33,582 nt of DNA from a virus (taxonomy: Duplodnaviria; Caudoviricetes). The DNA lies in the IMG/VR virus record IMGVR_UViG_3300035542_000028, positions 1 to 33,582 of that record; one strand, written 5' to 3'. A program made the translations under genes and the position numbers. Position 1 is the stretch's first letter. Every line of letters starts with the position of its first letter. The notes below the pieces were generated by a model. That model had not been told where the DNA came from, made no database searches, and saw nothing but the letters and a program-made list of their open reading frames with translations. Shown here piece after piece: positions 26,708-33,582 of the stretch.

Positions 26708-27208
26708 TTATTTCGTGATTTGTGACCTGGTGAACGGTGCAACATTGAACAAATCTTCCGGCACTTCTTTGCCTTTTGCTATAACCTCCTTTTTTATAAT
26801 TGCTTTTAAGGTTGACGCGTTGACAGTTTCCTGTATTATATCCCCAAAACCGTTCTCAATTAACCATTCCATGGCTTCTTGTTTGCGCCCGGCTCTGGTG
26901 GAAACATTATAATCAGATGTTAAATACAACCTGCCCACACCTTCTATGCGCACTGATTCCAAATCTTCAATGTCCATGATCTCTGGTATCCGGGAATACC
27001 GGACAAAATCATAACATTTCTGCAGGTGTGTCTTAATCTGCCCCGCCCTTTCAAGTAATCCAGAAAGTTGTTTTTGTAATCTGGCTATATTGGCGACCGT
27101 CATGCCTTCGGTGTCGTCTTTAAAATGTTCAATGGGATATTCATCTTTTAAAGATTCTAGTCCATTCAATTCGGATTCCACCGCGTCTAAAAATTGTGTC
27201 TTATCCAT
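26708..27208 (-). CDS. Hypothetical replication-module protein
   Basis: Likely start is ATG 27208 after AAAGGAGA (166 aa), with EWL.ENG.GDIIQETVNASTLKA. Confidence 0.7.
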   Translation of the reverse strand: MDKTQFLDAVESELNGLESLKDEYPIEHFKDDTEGMTVANIARLQKQLSGLLERAGQIKTHLQKCYDFVRYSRIPEIMDIEDLESVRIEGVGRLYLTSDYNVSTRAGRKQEAMEWLIENGFGDIIQETVNASTLKAIIKKEVIAKGKEVPEDLFNVAPFTRSQITK

Positions 27209-27221
27209 CTTTTTCTCCTTT

Positions 27222-27536
27222 CTACGGGTTAAATTGGATCGGAAGGTATGCCTGCTTGATACCATCCCACTGCAAAACATTTATATACCCCTTTTTGGAT
27301 ATTCCTAAGTAAAAGGCATATCCAAGAAGTACCGGTCCCCCAGTCAACAATAAAAAATCTTCATCAGGATTAAAACCGACCATATAACCCTGGATAGTCG
27401 CAGTGATTTCCTTATTGACCAAGGAATTTTTAAGGGGAGAATATTCCCTAGAAGTCATAAACACTACGTCCCCAAACCGCTCAGCATCCACATAATTAAG
27501 CTTCGGATTTTCCTGAACTACGTAAACATTTCCCAT
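27222..27536 (-). CDS. Hypothetical protein
   Basis: 104 aa with VYVVQE...AERFG...FNPDEDFLLLTG; RBS and promoter upstream. Confidence 0.75.
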   Translation of the reverse strand: MGNVYVVQENPKLNYVDAERFGDVVFMTSREYSPLKNSLVNKEITATIQGYMVGFNPDEDFLLLTGGPVLLGYAFYLGISKKGYINVLQWDGIKQAYLPIQFNP

Positions 27537-27569
27537 TTCCCTTCTCCTTTCTTGAATTTCGTTAAGTGC

Positions 27570-27598
27570 ACTTTACCACAACCTAGAATTCTTGTCAA
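27570..27598 (-). promoter_or_regulatory. Sigma70-like promoter
   Basis: TTGACA-17 nt-TAAAGT; the -35 contains the SNF2 stop codon. Confidence 0.6.
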
Positions 27599-29319
27599 TG
27601 GGTCTTTAGCATATTAATTGAATTTTCAAGCTCCTTTCTAATGAAATCCGATAACGATTTCTTTTCTCGAAGCACTTCAAGCACCCTACTTTCAATGGAA
27701 TTCTGCATTATAATATCTGTGTATGTGACAGCTTTTTTCGTACCAATTCGGTGATTCCGATCTTCACTTTGTACTCGGTCACCAAATTTAAAACTATTGC
27801 TTAAATATATAACATTAGAACAATTCGTAAATGTTAAACCCGTGCCACCTGTTTCCTGTGTGGCAATCATATATTTTGCTCTTCCTTCAACAAAATCTTC
27901 TATTGCTTTTTCCCGGTCATCCTTAGACATTGAACCATGAAGTTTAATCGTTTTGGCCCTTTTGTTGAGTAATTTGTAAACTGCTTCAAGCTCGATTAAA
28001 TGTTTAGTCCAAATATTAAATTGTACTTGGGGATTATCCTCAAGAATAGATATTAATTCCTTATATTTAGGGTTTTTGTCTGGCTCAACTATCCATTGTT
28101 TTTCCCTGCCACCCTGGTCACCATCATAGGATATGTAACCGGCACAAATTTGATGTAAAAGTGTGTATGTTTGCAATATTGATTGCACAACCAACTCTTT
28201 ATCCTGCATGGATTCAATTTCGGCCACACGATTCTTGCGGATATCATCGTATATTTTGCGTTGTTCTTTGATCATTGGTACAACAACTGGCTCCATATGA
28301 ATTTTTGGCGGTAAATCCTCCATGTCTTCCTTAGTTGCTTGGAAAGTCCAAGGTTTGATTAATGACATCAATTCATCAACATTGTCATAACCAATTATCT
28401 CTTTGTTTTCAAATCCTCCTTTTATTGTGTACCGGTTTTTGAATGAATAAAAATTGCCGATGCCCAGAATATCTGGGTTTATAAATTGATAAGGTGTGTA
28501 CAAATCAAGTAAATTATTAGTGATCGGTGTTCCAGTTCCGGCAAACCTAAATTTAGCCATCCCACCGAGTTCCATAACATTCTTGGCCCTGTTTGCGGAT
28601 GGATTTTTTATTAGGTGTGCTTCATCTATCACCATTGCACATTCATTATCTTTCATAAACTGCCATAAATATTCAAAAGCTTTACCTGCCCCCTGTTTAA
28701 CACTCAAGGATTCCAGGCCCATGACCAGAAATTTCATATTGTTATTTGAAATAAATTCTGAATTTTCCCTTTTAGCCCTTTTTGTATTAAATTCCGGAGA
28801 CAAGGCCGTGTATTCTTTTAAAGGACAATGCTTATAAATTTCTTTTATCGTATTCCTGCACACGGAATTTTTTGTAAGAATAACCATGGCATCTATTTTG
28901 TTTTCCAAATACATAGCACTGGCCAAATCGATATAAATTTTGGTTTTACCTGTGCCCATTTCCATGGAAAAGAAAAATCCTTGTTTACCCCAAGCATAAT
29001 TCAAAGCCTCTACCTGTTTAGTCCTAGGCTCCACCCCCAGCTTAAAATTATAACGTGGAGGAAAAGGTACAAATCTATTTTCACTTCGCTCTAAAATTTT
29101 ATCAATTAAATCATTTACACCTTCATCCCACAATATATTATTTGTTTCATGTGAAACATTTTGCAAGTATTTAGCATTGAGCCTTAACCCCGGCAGGAAC
29201 CATTTCTTGCTACTCCGCATAAATTTCCTATTTGGGGCTTTTTGGGCTATATGGTTTAAATGGAAAGGTGCTTGAATGACAAAGTTTTGGCCTTTTTTAT
29301 CTAATTCTATTGTAACCAT
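27595..29319 (-). CDS. SNF2-family SF2 helicase
   Basis: MEMGTGKT, IDEAH.IKN, TGTP, GGTGL and QSEDRNHRIG. Confidence 0.92.
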   Translation of the reverse strand: MVTIELDKKGQNFVIQAPFHLNHIAQKAPNRKFMRSSKKWFLPGLRLNAKYLQNVSHETNNILWDEGVNDLIDKILERSENRFVPFPPRYNFKLGVEPRTKQVEALNYAWGKQGFFFSMEMGTGKTKIYIDLASAMYLENKIDAMVILTKNSVCRNTIKEIYKHCPLKEYTALSPEFNTKRAKRENSEFISNNNMKFLVMGLESLSVKQGAGKAFEYLWQFMKDNECAMVIDEAHLIKNPSANRAKNVMELGGMAKFRFAGTGTPITNNLLDLYTPYQFINPDILGIGNFYSFKNRYTIKGGFENKEIIGYDNVDELMSLIKPWTFQATKEDMEDLPPKIHMEPVVVPMIKEQRKIYDDIRKNRVAEIESMQDKELVVQSILQTYTLLHQICAGYISYDGDQGGREKQWIVEPDKNPKYKELISILEDNPQVQFNIWTKHLIELEAVYKLLNKRAKTIKLHGSMSKDDREKAIEDFVEGRAKYMIATQETGGTGLTFTNCSNVIYLSNSFKFGDRVQSEDRNHRIGTKKAVTYTDIIMQNSIESRVLEVLREKKSLSDFIRKELENSINMLKTH

Positions 29320-29320
29320 C

Positions 29321-30847
29321 TTAAAATTCCACCTTTATGGGCTTATCTTCCGGTTTACAATCATTGATCTCGTCGACTGAAATACTCCAAACCTGCCTTG
29401 TAGTATCACCAATCCTTAGACTGCCATGATTTACACCATGATTCTTTAGGGCAAACCATAAATTTGGTCCCTTGAGATCCTCTGCCCGGTTCTTTTTAAG
29501 ATAGTTTACAAAATCCGATCCCCTAAAATAAACAACCTTTTGCCCATCCTTATCTTGTACCACCGGAACACCCCGAAGTAACATCGACCTGTCCGAAGTG
29601 TCCAAACCATCAGAATCCAAATCCGCCCTTTGCAAGAATTGTGCCAAATGATTCCAAATTAAACCTGGGCTGGACGCTTCATCCGGGGCATCAATGATTA
29701 TGGCTTCATCCATCAACCGTTTTAATTCAATTAACCACTTATCATTTTTCATCGGCGGAATTATAGTTGTTAATTTATCGGCCACCGCCTCTCGAATTTT
29801 CCGGTGGTCCATAAGTTCAGTAGTTGATAAAGGTACTTCAACACCATCAATATCCAATCCCCACCGGACCGGATCAGTTAAATACTTTTTTAGTTGTTTA
29901 AACTCTGGCTGTTCACCAATAAATAATTCAGCACTCTCCTCCTTTGTAATACCATATTTTCTTTGAACACATAGATCCGAATTACAAAGTGATTTACATG
30001 GCTCTTCCTTACATTTATATCGATATTCACGCCTCGCTACAGATGTTATAGTCTTCTTGGCTTCGCTATGGGCCAAAGGTACTGAAAATATCCGGGCATT
30101 CATATCAAATGCTTTATCTTTCCAAGTCTCCGGGTATGCCTGTTTAAGATAAATACACACATTATATAAAGCCTCATTTCTCATTCCTGGTGCAACACCA
30201 GATGAAATAATCCTGTGAATACAGGGTGGTGCACCGGCATGATCACCCTCACTTTTTTCCACCAACATGGACGCCGATATTTTCTTGGATTCAGCTATTT
30301 CAACAAAATATTCCAGGCTTATTTGTTTGTTGCCTTCTACACAATACCTTTGAGTATCATTACCTCCAAAATAACAAAGATTTATCCAATTACCAAATTG
30401 TCTGTCCTTCCCTTCTCCAAGAAGCTTATCCTGTTTTGGGAAAATTTCAGCACCTTCATAATGGAGTTGTGTTGTCCATCGTTTGAGTACCATACGCACC
30501 AATTTCGCCGGGACAATTTCGGCACAAAATAAATAAAGATGTGCCCCACCAGATTTAGACCTACACACAACAAGCGGCAAATCTGCAGCACGCACATCCT
30601 TTTCCAAAGCGTAGATGTCTATTTCTTCATTATCACCGTGGGCATCAATATCTATTGCACCCCAAACACAACTGCCATCATCCAAAATTGGAACAACACC
30701 CAATCCTTTCTCACCTGAAAAGTGCCTTTCAAAATGTTCCTCCTGTAACTCTTCCTGTATTGTGCTCATTCGGCCACCTGGATAAAAAACACCATGGGAT
30801 CGGGGATTACCCTGAAACAGGCACATAAATCGACCCGCAATACTCAT
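29321..30847 (-). CDS. Primase / primase-polymerase (AEP-like with PriCT-like domain)
   Basis: WGAIDID, RSKSGGAHLY, EIFPKQ, GNWINL and PPCI...G.RNEALYN. Confidence 0.82.
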   Translation of the reverse strand: MSIAGRFMCLFQGNPRSHGVFYPGGRMSTIQEELQEEHFERHFSGEKGLGVVPILDDGSCVWGAIDIDAHGDNEEIDIYALEKDVRAADLPLVVCRSKSGGAHLYLFCAEIVPAKLVRMVLKRWTTQLHYEGAEIFPKQDKLLGEGKDRQFGNWINLCYFGGNDTQRYCVEGNKQISLEYFVEIAESKKISASMLVEKSEGDHAGAPPCIHRIISSGVAPGMRNEALYNVCIYLKQAYPETWKDKAFDMNARIFSVPLAHSEAKKTITSVARREYRYKCKEEPCKSLCNSDLCVQRKYGITKEESAELFIGEQPEFKQLKKYLTDPVRWGLDIDGVEVPLSTTELMDHRKIREAVADKLTTIIPPMKNDKWLIELKRLMDEAIIIDAPDEASSPGLIWNHLAQFLQRADLDSDGLDTSDRSMLLRGVPVVQDKDGQKVVYFRGSDFVNYLKKNRAEDLKGPNLWFALKNHGVNHGSLRIGDTTRQVWSISVDEINDCKPEDKPIKVEF

Positions 30848-30881
30848 TTAAATTTCCTCCTTTCTAATTTATTCTTAGGGG

Positions 30882-30910
30882 AGAATAACACACTCACTCT
30901 TTCAAGTCAA
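30882..30910 (-). promoter_or_regulatory. Promoter of the replication operon
   Basis: TTGACT-17 nt-TATTCT with TGT, followed by an AAAGGAGG RBS. Confidence 0.6.
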
Positions 30911-30922
30911 TTGGTATTTGAC

Positions 30923-31123
30923 TTCTCTTTTTTTATAAAAAGGAGAAAAATGAAAAGAAAGACTGTGTGTAGTGACTGTAGCATTTTAATCTTTGATATA
31001 TAACTACATTTCTGTTCCCCGTTTTTTACTGTTTCTCTGTATGTATGTAGTGATGTAGTGACCGTAGTGATATATTCGAAAATCTGTCTTCCTAAGACAA
31101 CTTCTCCTTTTTTATAAAAAAGA
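30923..31123. repeat. Non-coding element copy 2 with terminal inverted repeats
   Basis: Shares AAAAAGGAGAAAAATGAAAAGAAAGACTGTGTGTAGTG, TGTAGTGATGTAGTGA, AATCTGTCT and TTCTCCTTTTTTATAAAAAAGA with copy 1, in the same orientation. Confidence 0.85.
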
Positions 31124-31148
31124 ACATTACGAATTGAACAAACACCCA

Positions 31149-31177
31149 TTGACAAGGATTTCAGGGTGTGTTAAAAG
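31149..31177 (+). promoter_or_regulatory. Rightward promoter
   Basis: TTGACA-17 nt-TAAAAG (weak last -10 base), followed by an AAAGGAGA RBS; similar in sequence to the 27570-27598 promoter. Confidence 0.5.
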
Positions 31178-31219
31178 GGACTTAACATAAACAATTTAAC
31201 TAGAAAGGAGAAAGGCAAC

Positions 31220-31483
31220 ATGTATGAAATTATTTGGGAAAATTATGAATGGCTTCTTGTTTATATTCATACGACCGGGATTTATACTATCACACAACAT
31301 GGTTTTTTTAAAATTCTTGACCACCGGGGGGTGTGCAGAATCCGCACCCGTAGAGCGGGAGAAATAGAACATCTCAAAGCTAAAATCAGTGGTGGAACCA
31401 TTTTCCGTGACTTCAATGACCATTGGCAATTAGTTAAAACAGTAGATGGTTTGTCTTTAGAACTTATAATAGGCGGGGGGTGA
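31220..31483 (+). CDS. Hypothetical protein
   Basis: 87 aa with an RBS; first gene of the plus-strand run. Confidence 0.65.
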   Translation: MYEIIWENYEWLLVYIHTTGIYTITQHGFFKILDHRGVCRIRTRRAGEIEHLKAKISGGTIFRDFNDHWQLVKTVDGLSLELIIGGG

Positions 31484-31746
31484 TTAAAATGGAATATATA
31501 GACACCTTCCCATATGGAATAAGTGGGATTCCCTGTACTATTGGTGTTATTTTTTGTATTCCTGAAATGTCTATGGGTTCTATCCAGTATGAAATTGATT
31601 ATGACATACTGGACAGGAAAATATACCCAGCCCCCTGGCTTGAGAACAAGGAAACCTATTCTGAACATGATGATATTTGCGAGATCATAATTGAGCGGAA
31701 TGGTGAAGAATATTGGGACGATTCCGATGAAATGTTCTCTGTGTAA
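31480..31746 (+). CDS. Hypothetical acidic protein
   Basis: 88 aa, GTGA overlap with the previous gene; contains GIPC.IGV...YDILDRK.YPAPWLE.K. Confidence 0.65.
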   Translation: MIKMEYIDTFPYGISGIPCTIGVIFCIPEMSMGSIQYEIDYDILDRKIYPAPWLENKETYSEHDDICEIIIERNGEEYWDDSDEMFSV

Positions 31747-31954
31747 ATCAAATCGAATAGTTATCGAGGGTACAGGACCACACAAAAAGGCAATTTGTGT
31801 TAACTGCAAAAAATTTCTTAAATTTTTGTTTAAAAAAGATGTTGAGGACATAGAAGATTCTTGCCACACCAGACGCGGAATTATTAAAGAAGCTATGAAG
31901 AATGATCAGAGGGTATTTCTAAAAGGCAAAATAATGGAGGTTTTAAATGACTAA
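31727..31954 (+). CDS. Zinc-ribbon hypothetical protein
   Basis: MKCSLCKS...GPH.KAICVNC.KFLKFL from ATG 31727. Confidence 0.6.
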   Translation: MKCSLCKSNRIVIEGTGPHKKAICVNCKKFLKFLFKKDVEDIEDSCHTRRGIIKEAMKNDQRVFLKGKIMEVLND

Positions 31955-32273
31955 TGAGGGCAATAAGTGGGATGAGAATAAGTTGAGATATGATCTCATC
32001 CCACCGGATGGTTTAGTGGATATCGTAAAAATCTTAACTGATGGCGCAACAAAATACGGAGAAAGGAATTGGGAACTTGGGATGTCCTGGTCCCGGCTTT
32101 ATGCTGCAGCCATGAGACATTTGCAAGCTTGGGCCATTAGGGAGGACAATGACCCAGAGTCCGGCATGTTTCACATGGCACATGCTTGCACAAATTTACT
32201 ATTTCTGCTAACATATCAACACCGTGGGATAGGTATAGATGATAGACCGGAGATAAAAGGGGAACTGAAATGA
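31947..32273 (+). CDS. DUF5664-like dATP/dGTP diphosphohydrolase domain protein
   Basis: K.D..KLRYDLIP...V.KILT.GA.KYGERNW..G....RLYAAAMRHL.AW...ED.DPESG..H.AHA..NL.FL; GGAGG RBS. Confidence 0.85.
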   Translation: MTNEGNKWDENKLRYDLIPPDGLVDIVKILTDGATKYGERNWELGMSWSRLYAAAMRHLQAWAIREDNDPESGMFHMAHACTNLLFLLTYQHRGIGIDDRPEIKGELK

Positions 32274-32626
32274 AAACAATGTGTCGGGGTTGTAATAAAG
32301 AAGTACGAATTACTAAAGAAAACACTAAATATTGTCAACGCTGCAAAAAGCGTTTACAAAAGCAGGGTTATCTGTTTTGTGTTGTTTGCGGTGAGGCATT
32401 TGAATATGATTCCCGAAAACCAAATAAAAAGGTTTGTAATAGTTCAATATGCAAAACGGAACTTAAACGCATCAATAACCGTAAATGGGAACAAAAACGG
32501 GAAAAATTCAATCATAGGGGATCAAATAAACCAAGAAATATAAATATTAGTGATCCATACGCCATGATCGAGTTTACCCCCGGCTGCCCTGGGGCCGGAC
32601 ACGCGCAGTTCGCGCCGGTGGTGTGA
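32270..32626 (+). CDS. Cys-rich putative zinc-finger protein
   Basis: Three CxxC motifs plus CxxxxC, basic overall; ATGA overlap with the previous gene. Confidence 0.65.
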   Translation: MKTMCRGCNKEVRITKENTKYCQRCKKRLQKQGYLFCVVCGEAFEYDSRKPNKKVCNSSICKTELKRINNRKWEQKREKFNHRGSNKPRNINISDPYAMIEFTPGCPGAGHAQFAPVV

Positions 32627-32667
32627 AATTCTACATAATACTTGTTATAAATCAGAGGAGATCAAAA

Positions 32668-32832
32668 ATGGGAAACAAATTAACAGTAGTTGTCCAAAAT
32701 ATATGGGATGATCAGTTAAAAAAGTACGTCACAAACCAAGTGTACTGCGGCGAATCCTGGATAAAAGCCCTGTGGCACCTGTGGCGTCAAAAAGGCAATG
32801 ACGCCGGTGTCGTAAAATTGGAATGGAGGTAG
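32668..32832 (+). CDS. Small hypothetical protein
   Basis: 54 aa from ATG 32668 after GAGGAG. Confidence 0.55.
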   Translation: MGNKLTVVVQNIWDDQLKKYVTNQVYCGESWIKALWHLWRQKGNDAGVVKLEWR

Positions 32833-32975
32833 ATTTATAACCAGCCAATGCAGGCGACGGCTACCGCCGCGGGTGAGCGCAAAAAGGGACCGTATTGCTC
32901 ATTGGAAACAAGCTCATTCACCGCAAGAGTTTAAGCGTATCATGCGGGAACAGGGATATAGCAAGTAGATTACAT

Positions 32976-32999
32976 GCCGGGAGTGGCGAGACTCCCGGC
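32976..32999. terminator. GC-rich hairpin
   Basis: GCCGGGAGT-GGCGAG-ACTCCCGGC, a 9-bp stem just upstream of an RBS. Confidence 0.4.
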
Positions 33000-33018
33000 G
33001 CAAATAAAGGAGAATAAC

Positions 33019-33411
33019 ATGCAAGGAAACAACGAATTTCATAGCTACCTAACTGTAAATATCAATAAATCAGGATATGTGCTAAACTCTGCATTAGAGC
33101 TTGATTTATCTGATGCTTCAAATTGGGACGATACAACTACCACGGATTGGACAGTAGCGAGTAATCGGGCAGGTAAAGATTTTTATGTTTATGCTTGCAC
33201 TCCAGCTTCGGGAACTGATCCTGATTTTATTTTGTCAGCTAACTCAACTATTCCTGTTTGTGGCGTAGAGATGCAGAAAGCAATGCAGGAATGGCTTGAT
33301 AAGCGAATGGGGGAATACGCTCCCGAAGTAACCGACGTGTCTGAAGATAAAGGCCCAGGAAAGACAAAGACTTTTATCATCAGTACAACAGAAAAAGCGG
33401 AGGAAATATGA
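33019..33411 (+). CDS. Hypothetical protein, apparently chimeric (tail-fibre-like insert)
   Basis: ATG 33019 after AAGGAG (130 aa), with an internal AGKDFYVYAC...ILSANSTIP segment. Confidence 0.55.
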   Translation: MQGNNEFHSYLTVNINKSGYVLNSALELDLSDASNWDDTTTTDWTVASNRAGKDFYVYACTPASGTDPDFILSANSTIPVCGVEMQKAMQEWLDKRMGEYAPEVTDVSEDKGPGKTKTFIISTTEKAEEI

Positions 33412-33582
33412 CTTACGATCATAACTATGACAAAGAACCTGATCCATGCCAAACCCTTAATTCAGTATCAAAAGATCCCTGGCAGCACCGAAGTAAAGGT
33501 ATGCGCTGTGAAACGTGCATGTGGTTTGTCAAAAAGAAAGGCTCCGTTGGCCGTTGCCGCCGCCACGCACCGACTATGAACG
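33408..33582 (+). CDS. Cys-rich hypothetical protein (truncated by window end)
   Basis: Manual translation gives MTYDHNYDKEPDPCQ...DPWQHRSKGMRCETCMWFVKKKGSVGRCRRHAPTMN; GGAGG RBS and ATGA overlap. Confidence 0.6.
   Translation, partial: MTYDHNYDKEPDPCQTLNSVSKDPWQHRSKGMRCETCMWFVKKKGSVGRCRRHAPTMN

Noticed and set aside
1-33582. Host assignment from frequent CCGG and the attC-like remnant
   Set aside because: This is an uncounted impression only; nothing in the window identifies the host.

Overview
This window is a fragment of a tailed dsDNA phage genome with no integrase, tRNA, rRNA or CRISPR visible. Positions 1-16.8 kb (minus strand) hold a contractile-tail (myovirus-type) morphogenesis operon: terminases, portal, minor head protein, protease/scaffold, decoration protein, major capsid, neck, sheath, tube, frameshifted chaperones, tape measure and baseplate/spike. 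Positions 17.3-30.85 kb (minus strand, visibly more AT-rich) hold a replication and nucleotide-metabolism module: primase, SNF2 and UvrD helicases, SSB-like proteins and a family A polymerase with DpoZ-type substitutions. That module also carries a complete 2-aminoadenine (Z-genome) gene set: purZ, mazZ and datZ. An N6-adenine DNA methyltransferase gene lies between mazZ and datZ and is translationally coupled to datZ, which is unexpected in a genome that should lack adenine. The module is bracketed by two copies of a ~180-200 bp non-coding element with terminal inverted repeats. Positions 31.2-33.6 kb (plus strand) carry small accessory genes, including a DUF5664-like dNTP pyrophosphatase. 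All family assignments come from motif recognition by eye; no database searches were run.
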